A stretch of 64,000 nucleotides of DNA, from positions 18,166,001-18,230,000 of the forward strand of contig CM068743.1 in NCBI GenBank assembly GCA_035084275.1. The letters are read 5' to 3'. Positions 13,211-26,089 of the stretch are shown one piece after another. Positions within the stretch are counted from its first letter, which is position 1. Each line of letters begins with the position of its first letter. Position numbers and translations under genes: made by a program. The notes under the pieces were generated by a model. It did not search any database and was not told where the DNA came from. It worked only from the letters and a program-made list of their open reading frames with translations. The DNA comes from Hydrolagus colliei (lineage: Eukaryota).

Positions 13211-13805
13211 GACAAATACATTTTGCCAAATTCGCTTTCTCACCTCAAATACAGGTTGCGAAATGTACCAATTCTACGAGATCAACTGGTTTCAAGGCAA
13301 TTTTTTTAAAAAAAAGTGAAATTCTGTTGAACATTGAGTGGAACTTTTTAGAACATTTGATATAGTGCCTTATCAGGTCTTCGAGACGTCTCAAAGCGCT
13401 TCACACGATGTACTGTAAAGTGAATTGACTGTATATTTTGTGAGAGACCAAGAAACTTGTTATTTTGATGACTTGATTGGTACAACTGGCACATAGCCTT
13501 TTTTGCCATGCAATATTTAACAGAGTATGTTTTGCCAGTGGAAACACAGCTGGTGTACAATGTAACTGGATCATCTTTTCAGCGTGTGTATATGATTGTA
13601 TTTGAAACCTGAATGGTGTCAGTGTTTGTTAATTCTCAAATGACCAGCTTTTTAGTCAATTGCCATGGGATTTGTGTTCCTGAGCAGTTTGACAACCAGG
13701 CTTTCAACATAGATAGACTTGGAGTGATGTTTCAGAGAGTTAGCCTGAGAGGCATCTGGGTAATGTCAGGATTCATTCTGTAGATATCAAATTCCAAACA
13801 ACAGA

Positions 13806-14290
13806 TTACCCCAAATAATATTTCTTATGCTTGATATAGTGCTTTTCATATTGGGAGGACATTTCAAAATGCTTCACAGGATTTAATAATAATAATACTG
13901 TACAATGTAATGACTGTATATTTTGTAGGCAAATGCTGCAAACAATTTGGGTACAGTGGTAGTTTACAAGCAGTCCTGAAGTGAGTGACCAATTTGGGGG
14001 GGGATTGTTGGCTGGGACTGGGACAATCTCCCTTCTCTTTTCAAAAGTACAATAATATTTAATGCCCACCTTATCAACTAGACAGGACCTTGATTTGACA
14101 TCTCAAGCGATGGATGGCACCTCCAACAAGCAGCACACATCCAGCTCTGCACTGAAGCCGAGTTCAACGACAACAAAATTACATTTATAGATTGCCTTTC
14201 ATGTCGGGAGGACATCCCAAGGCATTCAATGTTCCTTCTGACTAGCAGCCAAGAGTGCTATTGACTGTGCCACATGTTGACACATGTGCG
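13806..14290 (-). mobile_element. DeuSINE with a nested L2 tail (~14164-14225)
   Basis: Tail, Deu block, CTCCCTTCTCTTTTCAAAAGTAC, GGATGGCACCTCCAACA, then a head remnant at ~14235-14280. Confidence 0.65.
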
Positions 14291-15654
14291 TGTTCTTGTG
14301 TTCAGTACTGTTCTTGCATTTAGTACACCTAAATGAAAAAACATATTTCTATTTTATTTTTCTCTGATCTTGTATACTTGCACTTTCACCATTGAGTGAG
14401 GAACCAGAAGCATTTTGAGGAATCTTTTGAGTTATGGAAATATTTAGCAATTGCGTTCATGTTACTTTTCCTTTTGGATTATTCCATGAACAAATTAATA
14501 TTTGGTTAGAATGACCCCTCAATGAAGATTATATCAGTTATATTCTGTTCGAGAAGCAATACGGGGTAGTAAGGGTTAATATGGAGAGTGTTTGGGTTCA
14601 GAGAGAGGGTCATAGGTGTTTGGTGCTAGGTGGTCTGTTACATTTGCTAAGATTGAGTTATTAACCCCTTTGTCTTTCTTAAGGGGTAAAAAGTTAGTTA
14701 AGTGCTAACATTACTAATCCTAAAACTGAATCTCAGGAACTTTGAGGAATTTATTTATTTTATGTGAATTTGGGGTAAGGTATTTGTTTACCCTTGGTGG
14801 TCCACGTGTAAAGGCTCAGTGGATAGATATGTTAGAATTTAGAATATTATACTTTGTTAAAGTTATATCGATACAATATTATCAATGTGTTAGATAAGGA
14901 TTATGTGCATGCTTGTGTTGAATGCTCCAAATGCGGGAATATGTGTATATATATATATATATTGAAGCCTGTGGGATTGAATAAATGAAGAGTATTATAC
15001 CAATTGCCAAGTATTTTGGTGTAATTTGTGAGACCGCTCTGACCAGACATGAACCCAAACAGCAATAAAGAAAAGGATCATTCCTTTCAGAATGCACCTG
15101 GGAGGCGGTTATAATTCTCTCCAAGAGATCAGGATCTCGTGACAGCACGAATCGGAAAAATGTAAAAACAAGAATAGAAAATCCTAGATTTATCTTCCAG
15201 GGCTGTGTGACTAACATATTCCAATCACTTTATTTTAATGTTAAAATGTATGAATAGGTAATAAACTGTGAATGTTCCCTCAGAGATAATGCAAAGCATG
15301 CCCAGTGGAAACAAACCATCACTATATAAATTACTACTTTTCACCAATGTCTTCATGGCATTGGTATTTAATAATTAATAATTTAAGTGCTGATAATTTA
15401 TTTGTTTCAGCAAACATTGTGTATCATGACAATTCTTTGGAATTAACTCTTTCAAATTGCTGTGTGTAAACTTTCATATGTGTCAGCACAGAAGCATTTT
15501 GTAAATGTGGACTTCAATTGAATGGTTGCCTCGTTAATTACAAAATTATAAACTCGGTGTGGGGCAGGAGGAGAGTGCGGTAAGTGAGGTCACGTTGGAT
15601 CGGAGCTGGTTCCCAGATAGTCTAAGTCTTGAGTGAATTGGGCAATTTTGCAGT

Positions 15655-15925
15655 TCTCCAGGGCACTGGTGATGACAAACCAGGCAGCCTGGCTCATTGT
15701 CAAGACTTGCATTCCACCATTGGTGGTCGGCCTTTCAGCCTTATGCCCTGCCCTGAAACTATGGAAGACACTTTCTCTCCCTTCAGATCGCACCTGAAGA
15801 CCTTTCTATTCATCCATTCCTTTGGGTCACCTTCCCCCCGGAATTGTGCTCTGCCACTCTCAAGTGCTCTGGGACGCTGCTCTGCGTGAGGGCCGCTATA
15901 CAAGTGCAAGATGTTGTTGTTGTTG
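15655..15925 (+). mobile_element. L2 3' fragment
   Basis: CCACCATTGGTGGTCGGCCTTTCAGCC and CACCTGAAGACCTT blocks; tail GCTATACAAGTGCAAGAT(GTT)n. Confidence 0.75.
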
Positions 15926-16099
15926 GGGTGACAGACTGGGGGCAGGGATTCTTCCCACTCAGCTCCTGTTAATTCTGCAAGCAAAAGTCCTTGTGATCTG
16001 AATTAGACACGCAGTGGGAAGGTTGACAGAGACAGCACTCTCAATGGCAAGTTATGTTGTTTTATCTGGTCAAACTCCAGCAGTAGGGGGTTTCCAAGC

Positions 16100-16250
16100 T
16101 TTGGCTCTTGTTACCCTGTGCCTAATACTTCCCAGAATTAAGTAAACAGATGGAGCATCCCTCCAGGAGAGAGTGCACATTCCATTCCAGACACAGGGAA
16201 ATGTCCATGTCTAGGTGTCATTCATGTGTGGAAACTGCCTGGTTTGGAAA
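16100..16250 (+). repeat. Unclassified old dispersed repeat (second copy at 26497-26640)
   Basis: Both copies share colinear blocks CTCTTG..CTGT.CCTAATACTT..GAATTA.GTAA.CAG..GCATCCCTCCAGG..ATTCCA..TGGAAA..TGGTTTGG. Confidence 0.6.
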
Positions 16251-17401
16251 CTCTGAAGCATGAGTTTTTCGTGTGTGTATCACAAATGACTTCCTTGTAG
16301 ATTATACATGTCAATTCATTTTATACATTCATTTTGTAACATGATGATAATTGTTACCATGATAACAATGTATTGCATCTCCAAGGTTTTTCAAACTTTT
16401 AACCAATCTATCAGAAATATATTATATCAAAACAAGTGTTGATTTGTTGACATTGAGGAAGAGGTGAACAAAGATGCTTTCTTAAATAAAAAAAATCTAT
16501 CAGATTTATTAACTTAAAATGCTAATAAAAGTAATTCATTTCCTTTTTTTCTTTTATGATCTTGATTATTTTTCCCCTAGAAGAATTCTAGACATAAATT
16601 ATTTATCATCTATCGAGATAATGTGAACAAATATTGATCTATAGAACAGAGCTGCAAAAATAATTTGCTATAAAAACAATGCATAGAGAATAATCTGCAA
16701 CATTTTAAAATTCAATGTCATAACTTTAGAATTGAATTTTGGAAATGTATCCATAATTTAACATAGATTGCATGTCACGCCTTGGCAGAATTATAGAATG
16801 TATATATGAGTTGACTATTAGATTCTGAAAGAAGCAGAAACAGACATTGAAACAAATGATTATAATGGGAACTTAATATTTCCAAAGTCACTTTTGCTTC
16901 CCTGATACGCTTCTTGCAAATAAATAAAGTACAGTTTCAGAACAATGCCATTTGGAATAGGAAGTGTGTTCCATCTTTATATGAGAAAACTTTTATTTGG
17001 ATAAGTTTGGTAAAAGAATTCAAACAAAATAGTCACCTTTGACCTTGAAGCTGTTAACACAATACATGGCTTTATTACAGTGGATATTATCTTTAAAAAA
17101 TTGTTTCTTTCCCCACTCCATTGCACCATGATTTTATTCAGGCTACAATATTTGTCACAACAGGAGTAACCTTGATCTTGCAAATTCATCTGGTTTTCAT
17201 ACAATTACAGAACATTCAGTTACGTTCCAGTAATTTTGCAGAAACACCTAAGGGTATTGGACATTTGTTTGCTCTGTCAGTCATTAAAGGTCACTTGTGC
17301 ATTTAGGTTACATCAATGCATGAAAAATGCCATTGAGAAAAGAAACTTGCATAGCCAAATAAAAGTAGATGGCAGAATGTGCTAGAAAACTGTCCATTCA
17401 T

Positions 17402-17521
17402 ATTTGTTTGAAAGTCTTTGTTCAACATCTATCCTAAAGAAAATACCAAGAAACGAACAAACAATCAATGTCCTAAGTATTTCCTTTAGGACAGATATTG
17501 AACAAAGATTTTCAAACAGAT
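17402..17521. repeat. Inverted repeat: 45-bp arms, 30-bp spacer
   Basis: 17402-17446 matches the reverse complement of 17477-17521 at 40/45 positions; all differences are transitions. Confidence 0.85.
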
Positions 17522-17719
17522 GTAACAGCAAACTGTATATTGCATCCTTGTAGGAAGTGCCTCAATGATTTAATACATTCTGCAAGAGAAGGTAATCCAC
17601 GGGACTGAATTGAGGGTAAAGACAGCTGTCAGCTATGGAAAGGAAACTGGCTTAAATATTTAAAGGAAACAAAGTTAATACCATAACCCCAACTGAGCCT
17701 GCTGGCTGTAGTTAATACT

Positions 17720-18010
17720 TGTATTGATGTAGTGATTTTTATGATGGGAGGATGTCTCAACAGAATTTACTGTAAGGTTTTTCACTGTGTAGTCTGCAGG
17801 TCAATACAGCAGTCATTTTGAACACAGGATGCTACATAAACAGTCATCAATTTTCTTTTGGAGATTGTTGACCACTAGTAGAAACTCCCTTCTCATGATC
17901 AACGGTGCCATGAGATCTACAATATCCACCTGAATAGGGACTTCGATTTAATGTCTTATCGAAGGCCCGCAGCTCCCCCAGCACTCTATTGAAGTGGCAG
18001 CCTAGATTTA
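17720..18010 (-). mobile_element. Old DeuSINE
   Basis: GAAACTCCCT, GTGCCATGAGATCT..ATCCACCTGAA and TTTAATGTCTTATCGAAG blocks. Confidence 0.55.
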
Positions 18011-18359
18011 ATTATTTTATGGAAATGAATATTATTCAAAGATTTTATTTAGGAAATATTAGCTGAATTAATTTTGACAGCATACTATTGAATATTGCAA
18101 AACACTTATATATTTCTCATCTGCAAACAAACAGAACCGCCAAGGATTGTGTACATCAATATCTAACTTAATAAGAGGTGGCAGGCTGATGTTTCTAATG
18201 CTGATGTTTCTAAATGAAAATCGTCAGTCACAGCAGTTGGATTATAATGTGGATAAAATAAGGGTAATGAATAATGGAAGCCAGGCAGTTTTACCCAATG
18301 AAGTAGCATCCACTAGGAAAGGTGGAAAAAGAATAAATTTAAGGAGTGATTATTGACAG

Positions 18360-18658
18360 TGGAGTCCTGTCGCACAGTGGTTAGAGAACTCGTACTTACA
18401 AGCGAGAGACCTGGGTTCAATTCCTCACAGGGTGAAACCTTAGGCAAGTTTCCTTACTCCACATGCCTGATAATAATCCCTCACAAAAAAATCAATAATA
18501 ATTTTGTCATTTCAATCCATGGAACACTGCGTTGCGCAATTGCCTGCCACATTTCGCCCACATACACAAAGACATTTCACTCAGTATATTCTATGAAGTG
18601 CTTTGAGCATCTAGAAGATGTGGAAAGTGTTATATCAAATGCAAGGATTATTATTATT
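18360..18658 (+). mobile_element. tRNA-derived SINE, short form
   Basis: GGAGTCCTGTCGCACAGTGGTTAGAG head, GGTTCAATTCC B box, AAATGCAAGG(ATT)n tail. Confidence 0.9.
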
Positions 18659-19228
18659 AGTTTATTGAAAGGTTTCAGTTGGGGCCAAGTTCTTACAAGT
18701 TTAAAGATCACCCAATAAGGCATATCTTGCAGATATCACACACAAAGATGAGAAGAAGGCATAGTATGAGAAGGAAATATTCATCCCATCAGATCCCACC
18801 CCTGTTACGGTCTCCACCTCAACCATTCAATCTGTTTGTGGAATATTATGCAGTTACTCCCTCATCCCAGAAGGTTATCAAACAAAACCGACAGGTTTAT
18901 TTTTTCCTCCTTTCACCATGATTTACCCTGACCCACTTACATCCTAGTCATAGAATGATATAATGATGGATATGGCCCAGAAAGAAGGCAATTCAGCCCA
19001 TCAAGTCATTTGGAGCTACCTAGTTGAGCACAAAATACACAGTAAATTCACTTTATAATTTATCAGGTGTAGCAGTTTGCGATGTCATGATAAGGCATTT
19101 TATCAATTACAAGGATTATTATTACTCTAATGCATTCCTCTGCTCTTTCCTGATTAAAGGCAAGTTTACTCCTGTTGCGCAGCACCTCAGAATTAATTCC
19201 ATCCTTTCCTCACCTTAGTGTACATCTA

Positions 19229-19549
19229 TACTGTAGCTCAGTGGTTAGAGCACTCACCTTACAAGCGTGAGACCTATGTTTGAATCCAGGCAGATCAGGG
19301 CGAAACCTTGGGCACGTTTCCTTACTCCACATGCCTAATAATAATCCCTCCAAAAAAAACACAATAATAAAAATTGGCCATTTTCAATCTATGACTGTTT
19401 GTGGGACACTGCTGTGCGCAATTTCGCGTTTCACTCACAAATATACAATCAATCCACTTTATAATATATTCTATGAAGCCCTTTCAGACGTCGATAAGAT
19501 GTGAAAAGCACTATATCAAATGCAAGGATTATTATTATTATTATTATTA
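19229..19549 (+). mobile_element. tRNA-derived SINE, short form with CAGGCAGATCAGGG head variant
   Basis: TGTAGCTCAGTGGTTAGAGCAC head and long (ATT)n tail. Confidence 0.9.
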
Positions 19550-20129
19550 CTTGTATCCTCGACTAATCTTCCCAAGCAGAAGCATCTACACAATTTTATA
19601 AAGCAGTTAACTGCTGCGGCATCACCTGATTTTTTTTTGCCACTTAACTGTCATCAGGTTAAGAAGAAACGTTTCTAAATTCTACTATCACTTGAGGCTT
19701 TTTTAAAAATGTTATACCTAATGCCCACTTATTCTTATTCAGTGCTTATGGTTTTTGTCAAGCAGCTTCACTGCAGAGCTTTAAATAATGTAGAGATCTG
19801 AATCATATACTGTCTGAATTGAAAATGGGTTCGATTCAGAATTTCTCCTCAGACCTAAGAAATTCCAGAATCATCCAAGTTACTCTTCTGCGGTCTCTCT
19901 ACAATGCTGCAATGACCTTTTGAAAGTGGGTGCAGTGTATATTTTATTATATTCATACTTTTTTGAGTATTGTGGTAACACTTGTTACCAGTCCACCAGC
20001 TTTCAAGTACAGCTCCCAATTTGTTTGGATTCGCTAAAAATATTAACACAAATATCTCCTGTTTCCTCTCACATATTCTTAAGGGTCATATGTCATATTC
20101 TGTTTGACCTGATTATGCTGACTTAATAA

Positions 20130-20520
20130 TAAATTAATAATCCTTGCATTTAATATAGCACCTTGTGACATAATCAATATACTTCACAGGATTTACTGAA
20201 AGGTGTAGTGACTGTAATGTATAGATGAATAGGGCAGTTAATATAGTATGGGAACAGCAATGTCCCATGAAGCAATTAAGTGAATGACTAATTTTATCTG
20301 GCCAGGACAACTGGAGAAATTCACTTCACTTTTTGAATTGTGCTACAGGACCTTTAACATCTATCTGAACAGGCAGATGGGACCTGGGTTTAATGTCTCA
20401 TGCAAAGCACAACACCTCTGGTGATGCAACACTAGCCCAGCACTGAAGTGGAGTGTAAATTTGACTGATGAGCTCAATGTCTCAGCATGGGGCTTGAACC
20501 CACAATCGTCTGATTCATCT
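20130..20520 (-). mobile_element. Old DeuSINE
   Basis: ATCCTTGCATTTAATATAGCACC tail, ACCTTTAACATCTATCTGAACAGGCAGATGG, and GGGCTTGAACCCAC (B box on the minus strand). Confidence 0.7.
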
Positions 20521-20814
20521 GACCACCTGACACTTTGCATCTTGCAGATATTTAATTATTTGAGTTTGTTTGAATTTCTTCATATTACTTGCAGTACTGA
20601 TATCTACGTGTGTTTGAAAAATCCCGAGGCAACACTACTGCATCTGAAATTCGACCACAATGCTCATTTGTGAAGACTGGTGTGACTAATGTTTTCAATA
20701 CAGCTGTCATCTCTTGGTTGTTTTATAATCTCTTTTTGTCTGCCTTCAACATGATGTCTACGGCTAATATAAAAACAAATATACAATTCTGCTACGTATT
20801 GTACATATTATGAT

Positions 20815-21285
20815 AAAAATTGCTCACTTAATCTACAACTGTTTGTGGGACACTATTGTGTGCAATTAGCTGCCGTGTTTTGCTCACAAAATATACAGTC
20901 AATCTATTTTACAGTATTTTCTGTGAAGTGCTTAGAGATGGCTTCAAGATGTGCTGAGACGCTTTACAACAACAACTTCGATTTATATAGCGCCCTCCAC
21001 GCTGGATGCGTCTCAGAGCGCTATAGCAAATTCAAGGAATATTATTATTAATCCACTTGCTGCTACCTGCAATATGCTTTGTTATTGTCCTCTTCCATTG
21101 AATAATATAAAATAAAAATAATTTGGTCACTCAATCCATGACTGTTTTTGAGCCACTGCTGTGCTCAATTCATTGTCGCATATCACCCATAAAATACATA
21201 TCGCCTACTTTGCAATATATTCCGTGAAGCAGATATCTCAATGTGATAAGGCACTATCTCAAATGCAACATTTATTAGAATTATT
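20815..21285 (+). mobile_element. Two SINE 3' halves; the first carries an antisense L2 tail (~20966-21022)
   Basis: CTGTTTGTGGGACACT..GTGCAATTAGCTGCC body, with ACAACAACAACTTCGATTTATATAGCGCCCTCCACG inserted in the tail. Confidence 0.75.
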
Positions 21286-21764
21286 ATTGACTCTAATGTG
21301 CATATTTGATTATTAAATATTATTTCAAAATCCATTTGAGGATTCAATAATGCCACCATTAAACAGAGTGTTAGAGCTTGCCCATGCATTAGTGATCCAT
21401 CCTGGATGTCTTTTCGAGGTGTTCAAAAAGAATTGGAGCAAATCATGCACACAAAATGTGCACATTCTGTGTGGAGCTGAGATCTTGGCATGGACATTTT
21501 CCCTTTGGCATTGCATACCATCTGGACATTCATTCAGTGAAAGCCTTTTCTGTTCGAATGCGAATGTTATAGTTCAAACATGAATTGCAAATTTTGTAAT
21601 AAGTGTGCAAATTGGAATGTTTTTTTGAACAGAATCATTCAACAATGTCCATAATTATAAATGCCATTTCTTTCAGTAATTGGAAGTATGTGATTCTGCC
21701 CCTGCCTCCTACAACTCCCTGAACTCAAGAGTGTCACTGTGGTCTCCTCAGTTACCAGGAGCTT

Positions 21765-21970
21765 TGCTGGTAGAGCACTGTGTTGTCAGAGGTGCCATCC
21801 TTTGGATGAAATGTTAATCCGAGTTCCCGTCTGCTTGTTCAGATGGACATTAAAGATCCCATGGCACTATTTGAAAACGGAAACAAATTTCTCCTGGTGT
21901 CTTGGTCAAACAATATCCCAAATAAAATTAACTATTCCTTTCACGACTGTTTGTGGGACATTGCTGCACC
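21765..21970 (+). mobile_element. DeuSINE central (Deu) domain
   Basis: GAGGTGCCATCCTTTGGATGAAATGTTAATCCGAG..GGACATTAAAGATCCCATGGCACTATTTGAAA..TTCTCCTGGTGTCTTGG. Confidence 0.8.
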
Positions 21971-22802
21971 CATGGTACTACCACCATTACCATGGTACTT
22001 TTTTTTTACAAGGGTTATAATCTGTCCATGTTACTTCAGTGTTATTTTCACATGACCGAGTATGTCCTCTCCAATTTAAGTTCTAAGTTTCTGATTTGGA
22101 TACTTTCTACTCTTTTACGCCTTCAGAATCTTAGGGCTAATACAATGGTATAATAAAAATATACATTTGTTGCACCTCTTGCTGTCACCACAGATACAAT
22201 TTACTTCTGAATCTCTACTTTTCTACATTGTAATGTCATTTTCAATGGATGCTTTCAACCTGCTGTGCCACAAAACATGAATCTATAACCAAAATTTGCA
22301 TGACCAAATGGAGAGAGGTGGTAACTTCTCAATAGGGAGGAAATATCAGGGGGTAAACCATCATGGGTTGCTATGATGCATCTCTGAACAGTCATTGGTT
22401 TAGTTGGTTATACTTTCACCACTAGATCCGAAGGATGCATGTTAAAACATCACTTGAGTGTGTAGTCCAGCCTGACACGCCAATGCCATCCTTCACTGAA
22501 AGGCAAATTAATCAAAACTATTTTTGTTTAAATAACACAACCTTCAAAATTAGTTAAGTTAAAGTCCAAAAAGTGGTTTGATAGATTTGACACATATGAG
22601 GGTGTAGTTATTGCTTGATCAGTATTGTTTCACAGTATTCATATTAAATATGATTTTTTTTAAAGTACATCTTATTTCCCTTAATAGGTTCCCACTGTGA
22701 AGAGGCCTAAAGGCTTTTTTCAGATATCTCTCTCCATTTAGTCTGATTTTTAAAATATAAGCTCCTACTTTACATAATTATTATTACGATCATTCATAAC
22801 CA

Positions 22803-23165
22803 AAGTAATAATAATAATCCTTGCCTTTGATATAGCACCGCTTCAAAGCGCTTCACAGAATATACTGTAAAGTGGATTGACTGTGCAGTTTGTGGGCAAA
22901 ATGATGTTCTCCCATCCCACTCTTCTGCTTGCCTCTCTGCTTGGCTGAATTGGGCTTGTTGCGCATCTCCCACCCACTCCAAGCGACCAGCAGTAGCCAA
23001 GCCTTCAGCAATTGTGCCTCAAGCATCTGGAACTCCCATTTCTCCCCACCTTTCACAAATTGGCTATCACAATCACCCACAAATCACAAGATCACTTCAC
23101 TTTACAGGATATTCTGTTGGATGTCCTAATGTCGTCAAAAGTCCCATTGGAAATGTAAAGATTTT
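22803..23165. mobile_element. Mosaic: SINE tail (-), L2 piece (+), SINE tail (+)
   Basis: (AAT)n-CCTTGC tail at 22803-22905, GCCTTCAGC..CTGGAACTCCC at ~23000, decayed tail at ~23075-23165. Confidence 0.65.
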
Positions 23166-24180
23166 ATCCCTTCTTTCTGTCCTTAAGTTTCACATAATAA
23201 CTTTTCTCTTCAACTATGGTCACGTTGCAGTTCTGGTCTTCCACTTCTTCATTGTGGGCAAAATAAACCTTTTAGCATGATGGACGATCTTCTGACCAGT
23301 GCTGTTGTTTGCTACTTGATACTGGAAGAGAAACTGTGTGCAAAACATCATACTGTATATCCCAGACTTTGTATTGCAAACTGCAAGATGGTAGCTCTAA
23401 TTGGGGTTTGAATGGCAAATTATTTAAGAAACTCATTTTAGAAATAAATTTATAAGATAAAATGTTTGTAAAAGGCTCTTCAGTCTATTGATGTCAACCT
23501 TCCAGAATACTCACAGCTTCAAGCTGTATTTATTTTTAAATGAGACAATGCATCGCTCCACTGGACTGGGGTATCATTGGAGACTCTGGTGACCTAGACG
23601 TGAGTGTGTTACCAACTGAGCCAGGCTGACACCTCTATAAAATCAAGTTCCCCAAACCTATTAAAATTTAGACTCCCATCTGTTCTTAGCTGATGTTCCA
23701 GCAGGCTAGAAATTATTATCCTGTCTTCTGAAGGGCTGACTGATGCTTTGAGTACATTTCCACAGGCTATGCAAACTGCAAGATGTCAGCTCTGACTGGG
23801 AAGTAGAATGCTTTTCTTTTCATCTCATGACACCCTATAAATAAACATAAAAATACATGATCTGACATAGACCTTGTCAGAGAGGCAGGAACTATGAGGC
23901 CCAGGCTTTTTCCCCAAGTGAACTAAAGTCGAGATTTATTTTAACCCATCAGATTTTATATTAATTACAGGTGTTACAACTAAAATACTTTAAATGAGCT
24001 GTAGACTTTAATTGTGGCCAGAAGGGTTTTAAAACTAAATGCACTGCCGGATTTCCCCTATTTGGAGCAGGGTGTGTTTCTCAGTGACCTGGTAAATAGT
24101 CATTTATGGTAAATATAGCTTTTTGTCTTGCGACAATCATTGCCCAATTGATGTTTGGAGCCTTGTTTGCATAACCAGCA

Positions 24181-24272
24181 TCCTCATACCATTGGTTAGA
24201 GATGTGTCCTCATACTACTGGTTAGAGGTATGTCCTTGTACTTACTACTAGATAGAGATGTGCCTTTGTACT
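24181..24272. repeat. Degenerate minisatellite, ~27-bp unit, about 3 copies
   Basis: TCCTCATAC..TGGTTAGAG.TGTG repeated. Confidence 0.75.
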
Positions 24273-24579
24273 CTCAGTCAGGATTCCTTCTTCTGATCCC
24301 TAACCAGTCACTCCTGCTGAAACATATACAGGCATTTAATGAAAATGGAGGTTGGGACATGTTTTAGGGTAAGATTCTTTTCTAGTCTTTCCAGCATTTT
24401 GCCCAAGTTGGGGGAGGGCGGAAGAGAAGCTGAGTGCAAAGAGAAATCAAGCCTCAGAGATAGAGAGAGAGAGAGAAAAACAATTAAAAAAATACTGGCT
24501 CATCCTGTTCCCACCAATTGAAATATCAGTCACTGACTAGCCTGAAGACAAGATGTCAAGGGGAGATAATGGTAATTTG

Positions 24580-24940
24580 TGTATTTAATATAGCTATCAC
24601 TAGTTTACTTCTTCGAGACATCTCAATGCGCTCCACAAAATATATTGTAAAGTGAATTGACTGTATACTTTGTGGGTGAAACGTGGTAGCCAATTGCACA
24701 CAGCAGTGTCCCACAAATTGTGGATTGAGTGACCAATTTATTATTGTTAATTTTTTGAAGGAAATATTACCCCCGGAAAAGTGTTCCTTCAATCGACTAA
24801 AAATAGCGTTTTTGCTGACTGTTAGATGAACAGAGGCATGTGGAGCAAGGAAACTTGCCCAACATTTTGTCTGGCCGGGAATCGAATCCAGATCTCTTGC
24901 TTGTGAGGGACGTTCTGTAACAACTGAGCTACATGACTCC
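24580..24940 (-). mobile_element. tRNA-derived SINE, long form
   Basis: Head GGAGTCATGTAGCTCAGTTG on the minus strand at 24940; includes the extra CTCTGTTCATCTAACAGT..TAGTCGATTG segment. Confidence 0.9.
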
Positions 24941-25299
24941 AGATGAACCTGTATCTCCTGAGGATGGTATGTTGTGGTATGTGGCCGTATGGACACTAAT
25001 GTCCAAACGGGGGGGCGTGGAACGCAAAAGTTTGAAAACTGCTGATGTAGCTTGAGTGTTTTCTGGTTTTAACCTGAGCTACATGGAAGGGTTGAACTGG
25101 CCCCGTAATACTCAGAATTAGGGAGAGGAAAGTCGGTAAAAATACTGTACCAACTCCTGATCCCTCTATAGGATTCTCTACTGGTTTTGTATGTGCTTAA
25201 CCAGAAAGGAGAGGTTAGGATACCCAGTGACGCCATCTACAACTCAGGGGCCTATCAACACTCACTGCCCAAGCTCACACATCAACAATAATTAAAATA

Positions 25300-25700
25300 T
25301 TAATCCTTGCATTTAATGTAGCATGGTATCACATCTTCGAGACGTCTCAAAGAGCTTCACAGAATATAATCTAAAGTGGGCAAAACGGGGCTATCAATTG
25401 TGCAAAGCAGTGTCCCTCAAACAATCATGGATTGAAGTGACCGATTTATTGTTATTATATTTTTTTGACCACAGCCAGTGTACCAGAGGGCAATCAGTGC
25501 CTGTGAAAGCACACCCCAGCATGAGAAAGTCAAAGTAGGAACAGAGATTATACCAACAGGAGAAAAATTAAAACATAATTGGACACTGCCTTGTTTATCT
25601 ACAAAATATTACACTCCACAGTAAAATCCTGTGAAGCACATTTGAAGCGTTTCGAAGACGTGATAAGGTGCTACATGAAATTGCAAGGATTATTATTACG
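25300..25700. mobile_element. Two SINE 3' fragments in opposite orientation
   Basis: Minus-strand tail at 25300-25460; plus-strand tail at 25590-25700. Confidence 0.7.
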
Positions 25701-26089
25701 CAAGATTAAAAAGTTAGGAGTCTAAATTTACATCAGACAATAGGTTTGGGTCATTTGAATTGATATATTTGATCAAAGCAAAACAAGTCACATAACGTAT
25801 TAGCCCGGTAAAGTCTTTTTTCTTTTCTGGATGTCATTTCAATGTCTGTTTAATATCCAAACTCATAATGTTGTCAAATTTATAGTTGTAGACATATCAA
25901 ATGGATTATAGGCCATCAAGTCATATTCAGCCCTTGGTAACATCAAATGTCTAAACACATCCTTGAAAGTCTTGTGTAATCAGTACTTGTAGCTGTCAGA
26001 GTTATTTGCTACAAATGGAAATGTGTTGTAGCTTCACATTTCTAGTCTTGGAATCTACAAGTACCTCACAAATCATACAACACAATTTA

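Noticed and set aside
24181-24272. CRISPR-like repeats (also 38763-38826)
   Set aside because: Adjacent degenerate tandem units with no unique spacers and no cas genes.
24961-25044. hAT MITE end (AAAAGTTTGAAAACTGCTG; similar at ~39950-39967)
   Set aside because: Only one terminus is recognisable; I could not locate a partner TIR or TSD.
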